From: a virus
IMG/VR virus record: IMGVR_UViG_3300034069_000848
Span: 1 to 16,319 of that record
DNA: 16,319 nucleotides
Direction: 5' to 3' (one strand)
In this document: in pieces, positions 1-7,848 of the stretch
Numbering within the stretch: the stretch's first letter is position 1
How the letters are laid out: every line of letters begins with the position of its first letter
Notes under the pieces: model-generated
The model's input: only the letters and a program-made list of their open reading frames with translations
What the model was told of the DNA's origin: nothing
The model's database searches: none
Translations under genes and position numbers: made by a program

Positions 1-141
1 GGACCTGCGGGTGCCCTGCATCAGCGTCGCGGCGCCGCTGCCGTCCATCAGGGTGTGGATCGTGTTCCGCCCGAGCTGCTGGTACTGGTAGCGGTCGGCG
101 AGCTGCTCGGGGTAGATAAGCGTCGACGGATCCGGGTGATA
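1..141. repeat. Terminal overlap, copy 1 (identical to 16179..16319); signature of a circular contig
   Basis: Base-by-base comparison shows 1-141 equals 16179-16319. A minus-strand ORF reads through the joined ends in frame. Confidence 0.95.
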
Positions 142-795
142 CCGATACGACCGCGAATTACCGACGGCGCCCTCCCAGGCAAACGTGAAATCACCATAAG
201 CGGCGGTCGATCCGTCGAAGTAAAGCGACCCGGTGCCCGGGTTGGCCGGGTCGAGGTAGGTGCTGATTAGGACAGCGTCGGCGAAAAACTGCGAATTGAC
301 TGGCATCGCCTGGCCGGTCTCGTCGATGATGATGTAGACGTCGCCGCGGACGCAGTTCGGTGCCCCGTGGAAGAATCCGGTGAGCTCTTTCGTGACGCCG
401 GCCACAAGCGGCGTCAGCTGACTGTTCTCGATGCCGACCTGCACGTTGTTCGCGTCGAAATACTTCACGCGAATCCGCGCGTTTTGCGCGGCGACGCCGT
501 TGATAATCACTTTGCAGGTGATAAAGCGGATGTAGTTGAAGTACCAGGGAACGTTCGGGTAGCGGAATCCGGACTCGCCCGGCACGCCGTTCGATGCCGT
601 GGTCCAGGTTTTCCTGATTGCGGATCCGCCAGCGGGGAGGCCGGAACCGGTGTAGCGGTCGTTCGTGCCGGCGCCGCCGGTGCCGAACCACAGATAATCC
701 CACCCGGTCGTGTTGTTCTCGAACGATGGGTTTAGGCAATCGTTCGTATAATCGTAAACGGCGCCTCGGGGCGTGCGCTTGAGCGTGATCGTCAT
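1..795 (-). CDS. Minor tail protein, 5' portion (first 265 codons) of a 334-aa gene that crosses the contig junction; N-terminal CBM4/9-like beta-sandwich module
   Basis: The ATG at 795..793 shares one base with the tape-measure stop (TGATG). No tta/cta/tca triplet occurs in this frame from 795 down to 1 (checked by hand). The frame continues at 16178 to the TAG at 15969. Hand translation reads MTITLKRTPRGAVYDYTNDCLNPSFENNTTGWDYLWFG...SQFFADAVLIS. The NPSFE-x5-GW start and FxDxV end resemble carbohydrate-binding modules. The gene sits directly after the tape measure. Confidence 0.75.
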   Translation of the reverse strand, partial: MTITLKRTPRGAVYDYTNDCLNPSFENNTTGWDYLWFGTGGAGTNDRYTGSGLPAGGSAIRKTWTTASNGVPGESGFRYPNVPWYFNYIRFITCKVIINGVAAQNARIRVKYFDANNVQVGIENSQLTPLVAGVTKELTGFFHGAPNCVRGDVYIIIDETGQAMPVNSQFFADAVLISTYLDPANPGTGSLYFDGSTAAYGDFTFAWEGAVGNSRSYRYHPDPSTLIYPEQLADRYQYQQLGRNTIHTLMDGSGAATLMQGTRRS

Positions 796-2237
796 CAGTA
801 GACCCGCTGTCCCTTTCGGTCGAAGTAGTCGACGACGACGCGCATATACCGGGGCTGTGACAGTTGCGCGTCGAGCCGTGCCGTGTCAGCGAGCGGCACC
901 TCGGGCCGCTCGATCTTCGGGGCGCTGATCGGCGTCCCGGCGAGCTTCTTCCCCACGGCATCCTGGTAGGTCGTCGCGTTCTCGTTGCCGGCTGTCGTCC
1001 AGATCTTGCCGAGCTGCGCCTGCTGCGCCGGCGTCGCCCGCTCGTACCCGCGCAGCATCGCCGCTGCGGTGTCCGCGCCCTGGCCCTCGAGGAATTTCAC
1101 CGCCGCGGGCGACAGGTCCGCTTTGGCGAGGTTGTCGTGGTAGTGCTCGAGGGACTTCTCCCGCTGTTTCATGGACTTGAGGTAGGGCTCGACGTCGAGC
1201 ACCTTCCCCTCGTGCTTCAGGTACTTATCGACCCCGCCGGCGGCCTCGTCGAATGCCTGCTCGAGCTGCGACACCTCGCCGGCCTTCAGCGCGAACTGCG
1301 ACAGCCCAGCAGCTGCAGCGAGCTTCTGCGCCTTTGCGGCGCTGTCCGCCTGGTGCTCGGCTTTGTTCAGCGCCCCGCGCAGCTCGTCCACAGCGGCCGC
1401 TGCGCGGGCGTTCACGGGGATCGCGGCACGGATGCCCAGCGCGGTCCTGTTCGTGCGCTCGTGGGCCTTCCCGAGCTCGTCGACGGCGGCCTGCGCGCGG
1501 CGGATCTGCACCGGGTCGGAGGTCGCGATCGCCTGCACCACCTGCGAGTAGTCGCCGCCGGCGGTCTTGGCTGCCTGCCACGCCTTCTGCAGCGTGATGA
1601 TCACGTCGGATCCGTCAGAGCTCGCCATGGACTCGATCGAGGACTTGACGTCGTCGAAGCTGCGCTTGCCGGCGCCGCCGGCCTCGACGTACTCGGTGGT
1701 TAGATCGGCGATCGCCTGCTGCTGCGCCTCGGCCGCCTCCTGCCCGCCCTGGATCGCGGCCGTGATCGTGCCGAGCAGCGCGGCCGCGCCGACACCGGCG
1801 ATGATCCCGGCGGGCCCGAACCCGGCGAGGAACTCAGCCACGAACCCCTGCAGGCCGCCGAGCGCCTGATCGAAGCCGCCGGTGAACGATGCGCCGACCT
1901 CGATTGCGTTCGAGCGCGCCGAGTCCTTGATCTCGCTAAAGCCCTCCTCCGACCGGTGCCGGAAGCTGTCAACGTCGCCGCCGGCGGATCGAGTCGAGCC
2001 CTTGAACCCGTCACGGATCGAGCCGTTCAGCTTGTCGATATCGGACTTCAGCTCGGTGGTCGCGCGCTGCTGCGTCTCGAAACTGCGGGTCAGGTCCTGC
2101 CCTGCGTCGGTGCCGGCGGACACGTAGTCGTCGAGCGCCTGCTGCGCGTCAGCGACGGGCTCGACCATGCCCTGCCGGACCGCGCGATCGTACTCGCGGG
2201 TGTCGGCTCCGATCCCGACGTTGATCCCGGCAGCCAT
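795..2237 (-). CDS. Tape measure protein (480 aa)
   Basis: It is the longest tail-region ORF and lies just upstream of the tail-tip genes. The sequence is Ala/Gln/Glu-rich and helical, with a Gly-rich hydrophobic segment (GFVAEFLAGFGPAGIIAGVGAAALLGTITAAI) and an internal AAVDEL repeat. GC3 is high. Confidence 0.8.
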   Translation of the reverse strand: MAAGINVGIGADTREYDRAVRQGMVEPVADAQQALDDYVSAGTDAGQDLTRSFETQQRATTELKSDIDKLNGSIRDGFKGSTRSAGGDVDSFRHRSEEGFSEIKDSARSNAIEVGASFTGGFDQALGGLQGFVAEFLAGFGPAGIIAGVGAAALLGTITAAIQGGQEAAEAQQQAIADLTTEYVEAGGAGKRSFDDVKSSIESMASSDGSDVIITLQKAWQAAKTAGGDYSQVVQAIATSDPVQIRRAQAAVDELGKAHERTNRTALGIRAAIPVNARAAAAVDELRGALNKAEHQADSAAKAQKLAAAAGLSQFALKAGEVSQLEQAFDEAAGGVDKYLKHEGKVLDVEPYLKSMKQREKSLEHYHDNLAKADLSPAAVKFLEGQGADTAAAMLRGYERATPAQQAQLGKIWTTAGNENATTYQDAVGKKLAGTPISAPKIERPEVPLADTARLDAQLSQPRYMRVVVDYFDRKGQRVY

Positions 2238-2740
2238 CAGATCCCCTCGTGCGCTTCAGCGCCGGCGCGCTGCACGGTCTGCACCCACAGCGACGTCAGC
2301 CGCGGGATCGCCTTGGCGACCGCGGGGTAGACCACGTAGCCGGACGGCTTGCGAGCTCGCAGCTGCCGCTGGGTGTGCCGTTTCACGGTGAACTGGGTTC
2401 CACGTGCATTGCGGACGTCGACGGTGCGGACGACGTTCGGTTCGCCGCCGAACTCGAGGCCCTGCCACTGCGACTTGACGTCGAGGCCGCCGGACAGCGG
2501 CTTGCCGATCCGCGCGGCCTGCAGCTGCACGTTCCGGTCGGACACCGCGACGCGGGCGGTGCGCCCGAACGCGATCCCCTCAGCCCTCGAGTGCACGTTC
2601 GCGGCGACCTCTTCCCGCCAGATCGGCAGCGCGGCGGTCTTGGTCGCCTGCCTGATCTGCTTTCGCACCTCAGCTGGCAGCTCCTGCAGCCGCGCCTTCA
2701 GCGCCTGCAGCTCGCCCGACACGTGCACGCTGATCCGCAC
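2237..2740 (-). CDS. Structural protein with an HK97 gp10-like (neck/tail-completion class) N-terminal pattern, in the slot normally held by tail assembly chaperones (167 aa)
   Basis: The GTG start is preceded by AGGGGGTGGA. The N-terminus MRISVHVSGELQALKARLQELPAEVRKQIRQATKTAALPIW looks like the gp10-family opening by eye. Its stop shares one base with the TMP ATG (TGATG). Confidence 0.55.
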   Translation of the reverse strand: MRISVHVSGELQALKARLQELPAEVRKQIRQATKTAALPIWREEVAANVHSRAEGIAFGRTARVAVSDRNVQLQAARIGKPLSGGLDVKSQWQGLEFGGEPNVVRTVDVRNARGTQFTVKRHTQRQLRARKPSGYVVYPAVAKAIPRLTSLWVQTVQRAGAEAHEGI

Positions 2741-2761
2741 CGATCCACCCCCTACATGAGT

Positions 2762-2794
2762 CCGGCCGCCGGCAGGTGACCCGCCGGCGACCGG
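2762..2794 (-). terminator. GC-rich hairpin just downstream of the major tail gene (possible attenuator or RNA-stabilising stem)
   Basis: ccggccgccggc (2762-2773) pairs with gccggcgaccgg (2783-2794): 12 bp with 1 mismatch and a 9-nt loop. There is no U-tract. Confidence 0.35.
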
Positions 2795-2809
2795 AACTGC
2801 GATCCGACG

Positions 2810-3241
2810 TCAGTTCTGCGCGACCTGCGGGGCGCCCTTGACGCCCATCGTCAGGGTCGCGTCGAGCCAGGATCCGATGTCTCCACCGATCGGCGGGGCG
2901 GTGAGGATGACGGTCGCGAACGCGTTCTTGCCGCCGTTCGGGATGAAGCGCACGAACCGCTTCTCGCCGGCGTGCGCCAGCAAGTAGTTCAGCAGGCTGT
3001 CGGCGTTCTCCATGTCCTGCAGGAACTTCACCTGCAGGGTCCACGTCGCCGCCGACGATGCGGTGAACACTGCCGAGCGGGTGCCGCCGACGACGGTCGC
3101 GACCGACGACGAGGGCACGAACTGGAAGGACTGCACGGCGTCGCGGAACTCGACCCCGTCGAGGGTCTGCGCGTCGGGATAGAACGCGCAGCTGATCTGA
3201 TCGAGGTATCGCGCCTCGAAGTCCGGTTCGGTGATCGCCAT
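2810..3241 (-). CDS. Major tail (tube) protein, 143 aa
   Basis: The start is the internal ATG (M53 of track ORF 2810..3397), 1 nt after the upstream stop, with AGAAGG about 10 nt upstream. Its size and position (after the connectors, before the TMP) fit a tube protein. The beta-rich sequence ...TWTLQVKFLQD...FVRFIPNGG...TAPPIGGDIG...TLTMGVKG also fits. Confidence 0.55.
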   Translation of the reverse strand: MAITEPDFEARYLDQISCAFYPDAQTLDGVEFRDAVQSFQFVPSSSVATVVGGTRSAVFTASSAATWTLQVKFLQDMENADSLLNYLLAHAGEKRFVRFIPNGGKNAFATVILTAPPIGGDIGSWLDATLTMGVKGAPQVAQN

Positions 3242-3242
3242 A

Positions 3243-3650
3243 TCAGTCAGCCTTCTTTCGCTTTGTTGTGTAGATCCGAATATCGACCTGATATCCGAGC
3301 CGATTCCCCTCGTCGGCGAAGCGTTGCTTATTCGCTTCCGACCAGGGAATGCGGACGCTATCGAGTGCGTGCAGGAATGCGTCGATATCGTCGTCAAGCT
3401 GCACCTCAGCAGCTGCGAGTCCGTCGCCTGAGGGCACCGTGACGGTGAGCGCGAACGTCACCCAGTGCCGGGTGCCGGCGCCGGTGCCGCCGGGCTCGAT
3501 CTTCCGCTGCGACGCCCGGGCACGGGGTCGGTCCGAGTCCGTCGCGGCTGCCTCGTCGGCGATCCACGTCCAGCGCTTCGGCAGCAGCGGCTGCAGCAGC
3601 TCGACGAGCACCAGCCGGGCAGCCTTGTCGGCGACCTCGAGCTCGGGCAT
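3243..3650 (-). CDS. Head-tail connector / tail-terminator class protein (135 aa)
   Basis: The ATG at 3650 (M96 of track ORF 3243..3935) shares one base with the upstream TGA. The upstream part of the track ORF is Arg-rich out-of-gene sequence. The gene lies between the adaptor and the major tail protein. Confidence 0.5.
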   Translation of the reverse strand: MPELEVADKAARLVLVELLQPLLPKRWTWIADEAAATDSDRPRARASQRKIEPGGTGAGTRHWVTFALTVTVPSGDGLAAAEVQLDDDIDAFLHALDSVRIPWSEANKQRFADEGNRLGYQVDIRIYTTKRKKAD

Positions 3651-4282
3651 CAGCGGACCCTGCCGAGCCGCCGCGCGGGGCGCAGCAGCTGCTTCACGGT
3701 CCAGTCGAGCGGGAACACCCCGACGCTGTAGTCGTCGGTGCCGCCGTCGCCGGTCGCCGGGTCGATCCGCGCGGCCGCGTTCCGGTTCCGGGCGTGCAGC
3801 AGCTGCGCCTCCCGGTAGTTCAGCGGCGGCCGCGCACCGGCGGGCAGTTTCGGGGCGTAGGCGACGCACTCGAGTCGAGCGGTCGCGAGCAGCACATACA
3901 GCCGCGGGTCGTCGAGTGCGGCGGATCCGGACCACTCAGCGTGCGCGGACTGCACCGTGTGCCACCCGTCGCGCGCCTGCACGACGACGGGCTCGACCTC
4001 GAACGTGTCGACGGCGCCGGACGCGGTGTGCAGCTGCAGCGTCAGCAGCTGCAGGCCCGGCACGGCGAGCACCGGCAGGGTGATCGCGACGTGCGCGACG
4101 TCGTCGGGGTCGTCCTCGGCCGGGATCACGATCGCGGCCGCGCAGTCGACGTCGGCGCCGGACGCGTCGGCGAGCTGCGCGGTCGCGCTCGAGTACAGCT
4201 CGAGGTCGACCTCGTCGCCGTCGCGTGCCGGCACCACGACGACCGGTTCCGCGGGCTGGTCGCCCTGGAAGTAGGTGGTCAT
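3650..4282 (-). CDS. Head-to-tail adaptor (gp6-like C-terminal half) with an extra ~95-aa N-terminal beta-rich domain (210 aa)
   Basis: The C-terminal half WHTVQSAHAEWSGSAALDDPRLYVLLATARLECVAYAP...NYREAQLLHARNRNAAARIDP...FPLDWTVKQLLRP resembles head-tail connector/adaptor proteins. It is the first gene after the capsid gene. Confidence 0.6.
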   Translation of the reverse strand: MTTYFQGDQPAEPVVVVPARDGDEVDLELYSSATAQLADASGADVDCAAAIVIPAEDDPDDVAHVAITLPVLAVPGLQLLTLQLHTASGAVDTFEVEPVVVQARDGWHTVQSAHAEWSGSAALDDPRLYVLLATARLECVAYAPKLPAGARPPLNYREAQLLHARNRNAAARIDPATGDGGTDDYSVGVFPLDWTVKQLLRPARRLGRVR

Positions 4283-4296
4283 GGTGCCGGCGCCGA

Positions 4297-6120
4297 TCAG
4301 GCGTGCGGCTTGACGCGGACGAGCGCGCGCGGGTTGTGCACGGCCAGGGCGACGTAGCCGAACAGGCCCGGGTCGATGCCACCCCGGGCGACGTCAAGCC
4401 CCTCGATGCGGATCGGGGATCCGGCGAGCTCGTGCACGGTCGCCGCCGAGCGGCAGCCGACGAGGGCCTCGCTGGCGGCCTCGAGCGGGGATCCGGTCTC
4501 GGCGGGCACGACGCGGAAGTTCTCGATCGCGCCCTCCTCGAGCCCCAGCGCGCTGTTCAGGTAGGCGAGCTTGTCGTCGTCCTTCGTCAGCAGCAGATCG
4601 CGGTAGTCCGCCTTGGTGACGACGGCCCACGACGGCAGGTCCTCGTCGAGCACGGCGAGGGCGCCGTCGACGATCTTCGTCATGACCGGCGACACCCCGG
4701 CCGGCACGACACCGGCGGTGATCGAGGTCGTCGCGTTGTTCGTCGCGTCGAACAGCTCGCGGGGCACGTAGGCGTCGCTCTTGCGGGCGTAGGACTCGGT
4801 CATCCCCCGGAAGTACCCATCCCAGAACTCGGGCACGTTGAAGTCCCGGTAGCGGCGGTCGACGTCGTGCGCGCCGGCGATCGCCTGCGCGGGCACGTCG
4901 TAGGGCTCGGTGTCGAGCTCGTTCGAGGGCACGTCGGTCTTGTTGCCGGCGTAGTAGTCGACCTCGGGCGTCTTGCCGTCGACCCAGCGCCAGCCCTTGA
5001 CGGTGTCGCTGGTCAGCGTCCCGCTGTTGAACAGCGGCACCCAGCGGCGCTGGAACGCGCGGCCGCCCCACAGCTCGCCGATCCACTGCGGCACGATCAT
5101 GTCGCGCGGGCTGCCGGCCGCGTCGAAGGTGACGTCCTCGAGCTCGGCGAGCAGCGTCTCGGGGCTCTCGGCGTACAGCGAACCCATGACGCGCGGGGAT
5201 CGCAGCTGCTCGAGCATGCGGGTGTTCCAGCCCTGCCCGCGGCCGCGCGGCGACGCCGCGGCGAGCATCGCGTACAGGGTCGCCGCGGCGACGGTCTCGG
5301 GCAGCTGCGGCTGCCGGCGACGGCGGCCCTCGAGCAGCGTGCGGGGCACGGTGGATCCGGGCGCGCGGGTCGCCAGCAGCGGCGCGGTCGCGGGTGCGGG
5401 GGTCTGAGCGGGCACGGGCGCGCTCCCTTCTGCCGGCGCAGCGCCGGGCGTCTCGGTTCGGACGGTGGTGGTGGTGGTGGTGATCACGGTCGCCCCGGTG
5501 TCGGGGTCGGTCTCTTCGGTCTCCTCGACGGTGGTGTCCGTCTCGAACGTCGCACCCGTGACCGGGTCGACCTCCATCGTCGAGTAAGCGGCCTGCGTCG
5601 GGTCCTCGGGATCGGTGGCGTCGTCGGCCGCGTCGGCGAGCAGCGTCCCCTCGGCCATGGCGAGCAGCGTCGCGGACGGGAACGCGCCCGAGCGGCCCGG
5701 GGTGACGATCGCGGCGCCGAACACATGCCCGCCGCGGGCCACGCCGTCCTCGATCACCATGTCCCGCGCCTCGACGGACACCCGGTTGCGGCTGCCGTCG
5801 CGGATCCCGGCGAGGATCGCGTCGCCGTCGGGCCCGTCGGCGATGCGGATCGAGGCGTGCACCCCGTCGGGCTGCTCGGCGAGCAGCACGGTCGATGCGA
5901 CCGGCCGCTCCCGGTTGTGCCCGTCGTTCCAGACCATCGTCCGGATGTCGGTCGGCAGCGTCAGCACACCGGGGCCGGGCACGCTGAAGCGGCCCAGGTT
6001 CGACTGCGCGACCTCGCCGAACGGCACGAGCCGCGCGCGGAAGGTCCGATCGTCCTCGGTGGCGAGCAGGGTCCCGCCGGCGAGCGTCAGCCCGCCGGCC
6101 TCGAGGGTCTGTCCCGGCAT
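4297..6120 (-). CDS. Prohead protease - major capsid protein fusion (607 aa)
   Basis: A strong SD (AGGAGA) lies 5 nt before the ATG. The N-terminal ~160 aa (FRARLVPFGEVAQSNLGRFSVPG...VWNDGHNRERPVAS...GSRNRVSVEA) match the HK97-type prohead serine protease pattern. An acidic Thr/Pro-rich linker follows (ETDTTVEETEETDPDTGATVITTTTTTV...). The C-terminal ~330 aa look like an HK97-fold capsid protein. No separate protease, scaffold or capsid gene lies between the portal and adaptor genes. Confidence 0.8.
   Translation of the reverse strand: MPGQTLEAGGLTLAGGTLLATEDDRTFRARLVPFGEVAQSNLGRFSVPGPGVLTLPTDIRTMVWNDGHNRERPVASTVLLAEQPDGVHASIRIADGPDGDAILAGIRDGSRNRVSVEARDMVIEDGVARGGHVFGAAIVTPGRSGAFPSATLLAMAEGTLLADAADDATDPEDPTQAAYSTMEVDPVTGATFETDTTVEETEETDPDTGATVITTTTTTVRTETPGAAPAEGSAPVPAQTPAPATAPLLATRAPGSTVPRTLLEGRRRRQPQLPETVAAATLYAMLAAASPRGRGQGWNTRMLEQLRSPRVMGSLYAESPETLLAELEDVTFDAAGSPRDMIVPQWIGELWGGRAFQRRWVPLFNSGTLTSDTVKGWRWVDGKTPEVDYYAGNKTDVPSNELDTEPYDVPAQAIAGAHDVDRRYRDFNVPEFWDGYFRGMTESYARKSDAYVPRELFDATNNATTSITAGVVPAGVSPVMTKIVDGALAVLDEDLPSWAVVTKADYRDLLLTKDDDKLAYLNSALGLEEGAIENFRVVPAETGSPLEAASEALVGCRSAATVHELAGSPIRIEGLDVARGGIDPGLFGYVALAVHNPRALVRVKPHA
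5464..5481 (-). repeat. (GGT)6 / (ACC)6 trinucleotide repeat encoding Thr6 in the capsid linker
   Basis: ggtggtggtggtggtggt was read directly and translates to the TTTTTT run in the ORF. Confidence 0.9.
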
Positions 6121-6128
6121 GTGGTCTC

Positions 6129-7250
6129 CTAGTCCTGCGTCGGGGCGCCGGTCGGCGCGTTGGTCGGGGCGTACAGGTCGGCGAACTGGAACCGGATGCG
6201 GGTTCCACGTGGCACGACGTTGTCCTGCGACAGGGCCCGCTCGATCGGGCCCGTCCAGTAGTCGAGCGACAGGTCGGCGAGCTGGTCGCGGGCGCCCTCG
6301 GCGGTCGAGTACGTCAGCGACGCGGTCGCGGGGGAGCCGTCGATCAGCGCGGCCGGCAGTGCCAGGTGGTTCGCGAAGTCGAGGCGCAGCGCGTTGCGCG
6401 CCTCGATGAACATGGCGCTGTCGTCGTTGTTGTTGACGACGGTCGCTTTCAGGTTCCCGACGTACATCACGCCGCCGTCGGGCCCGCGGCGCGCCTCAGC
6501 TGCAGCTGCCACGAGCTCGTCGATCTCGTCGTCCTCGGGCGCGTTGCCGTTCTCGGGGTCCTCGAGGATGATCGAGGGCGCCGGGCTGTTCAGCCTCGTG
6601 GCGATGTTGCGCGCGATCGAGCGCCACTGCCGAACCTCGTCCTGCGCCTCGTCGCACAGCCCGCGCGACGGGCCGGGGATGTAGATCACCTCGTCGGGGC
6701 TCACGGGGCGGTCGTCGACGAGCAGCACCCCGTCGTCGTCGACGCGCCACCACTCGTAGGGGATGTGCACGGCGTCGAGGATCGCGCCGCGGCCGCCGAG
6801 CTCGGCGCCCGTCCCGCGTCGCACAGCGAGCACGGTCGCCTCGAAGTACAGGTGATCGTCGATCATGTCAGCGAGCCGCTGGTCGGGGCTGATGTCGGTG
6901 TCGGTGCGGTACAGCCAGGTCGGGGCGGCGTCGCCGGTCAGCACCGTGTCGGTGTTCGTGGTCGCGTCGTAGCTGATCGCGACCAGCGGGCGGATCAGCT
7001 GCGAGTGCAGCACCGCGCGGCCGCGCTTGAACGGGCCGCAGTGCAACAGCTGCGCCGGAGTGACCGGGCCCGTGCTGCGATCGCCGAACACGTCGGGGTT
7101 CCACTCGACGCGTCGCAGGCTGCCCTGCGTCGCCCAGGGCGACAGCGGCGACAGGCGCGCAGCTGCGGCCGACGGGGCGCTGCGGGCGCTGTCCTCGGCC
7201 AGCTCGACGGCGCGATCCCACAGTGCAACAGCCCGCCCCAGTAGTGCCAC
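6129..7250 (-). CDS. Portal protein (373 aa)
   Basis: It lies between the terminase and capsid genes. Its size and an acidic central region (EDPENGNAPEDDEIDEL) are typical of small HK97-type portals. GC3 is high and the start is GTG. Confidence 0.7.
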   Translation of the reverse strand: MALLGRAVALWDRAVELAEDSARSAPSAAAARLSPLSPWATQGSLRRVEWNPDVFGDRSTGPVTPAQLLHCGPFKRGRAVLHSQLIRPLVAISYDATTNTDTVLTGDAAPTWLYRTDTDISPDQRLADMIDDHLYFEATVLAVRRGTGAELGGRGAILDAVHIPYEWWRVDDDGVLLVDDRPVSPDEVIYIPGPSRGLCDEAQDEVRQWRSIARNIATRLNSPAPSIILEDPENGNAPEDDEIDELVAAAAEARRGPDGGVMYVGNLKATVVNNNDDSAMFIEARNALRLDFANHLALPAALIDGSPATASLTYSTAEGARDQLADLSLDYWTGPIERALSQDNVVPRGTRIRFQFADLYAPTNAPTGAPTQD

Positions 7251-7284
7251 GATCGCAGACCCTCTCAGACCCCTCGGACAGCCG

Positions 7285-7575
7285 TCAGGATCGCGGCTCG
7301 GTCGGCGTGTCGCGGCGAGCCGCGTTCAGCCCGGCCAGCGCTGCAGCTGCGGTGCCCTGACCGTGCGACGCGACCACGATCCCCATGGCCTGCGACAGGG
7401 TGTCGAACAGCTGCCCGGCCTCGCTGTAGTCCAGCGCGACGCCGAGCTGCAGCCCGCCGACCCCGAGCTCGAGCGTGATCGGCCTCGGCTCGGTCGGGTG
7501 CTCGACGACGACGCCGAGCATGGCGAGCTGGTCCACGCCGACGTCGAACGCGCGGCGGAAGTCGACGGCGCTCAC
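7285..7575 (-). CDS. Hypothetical protein (96 aa)
   Basis: The GTG at 7575 (V43 of track ORF 7285..7701) forms a GTGA overlap with the upstream stop. The sequence downstream of it has a normal composition, whereas upstream it is an Arg-rich artefact. Confidence 0.6.
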   Translation of the reverse strand: MSAVDFRRAFDVGVDQLAMLGVVVEHPTEPRPITLELGVGGLQLGVALDYSEAGQLFDTLSQAMGIVVASHGQGTAAAALAGLNAARRDTPTEPRS

Positions 7576-7835
7576 AGCTCGTGCACCTCGGCCGGCGCCG
7601 CGGCGTCCGGCAGGGGTCGGCCGTCGGCTGCGGCCGGCCAGGGTGCGAGGTCGACGCCGCTGATCCCGCCGTCGAGCGCGGCGTCGACGCCCTCCTCCCA
7701 CTCGTGCTGCTCGGTGTGCCGGCGGGCGTGCGCGGCCGCGTCGTCGGTGAGCAGCAGCGCGTGGCAGCCGCTCTGCGGGCAGCGGGTGATCGCGCCGCGG
7801 CTGCCGCGGGGATCCGGGTCGATGTGCATGGACAT
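7572..7835 (-). CDS. Hypothetical small Cys/His protein (87 aa; 95 aa if the GTG at 7859 is used)
   Basis: The ATG at 7835 has AGGA 8 nt upstream and lies 13 nt after the terminase stop. The protein carries a CPQSGCH...HARRH motif. GC3 is high. Confidence 0.6.
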   Translation of the reverse strand: MSMHIDPDPRGSRGAITRCPQSGCHALLLTDDAAAHARRHTEQHEWEEGVDAALDGGISGVDLAPWPAAADGRPLPDAAAPAEVHEL

Positions 7836-7848
7836 GCGCCGGATCCTG

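Noticed and set aside
1381-1500. Roughly 90-bp-spaced nucleotide repeat within the tape measure gene (AAVDEL motifs)
   Set aside because: Internal protein-level repeats are normal for tape measure proteins, so there is no reason to treat it as a separate element.
4225-6132. 635-aa plus-strand ORF; likewise 7027..9567 (846 aa) and the other long plus-strand ORFs
   Set aside because: These are antisense shadows of minus-strand genes in a ~70 percent GC genome. Their translations are Arg/Gly/Ala/Pro-rich and low in complexity with no recognisable motifs, while the opposite strand encodes clear capsid, terminase and portal proteins.
4394-6208. 604-aa minus-strand ORF in an alternative frame; also 7265..8317, 3936..4397 and 191..961
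   Set aside because: These are off-frame reads through real genes. They are extremely Arg-rich (RRRR runs) and overlap better-supported frames completely.
7256-7275. Tandem decamer CAGACCCTCT / CAGACCCCTC just upstream of the portal start
   Set aside because: There are only two imperfect copies in a 34-nt intergenic spacer. On the coding strand it reads GAGGGGTCTGAGAGGGTCTG, which is probably just a duplicated SD-like purine stretch.
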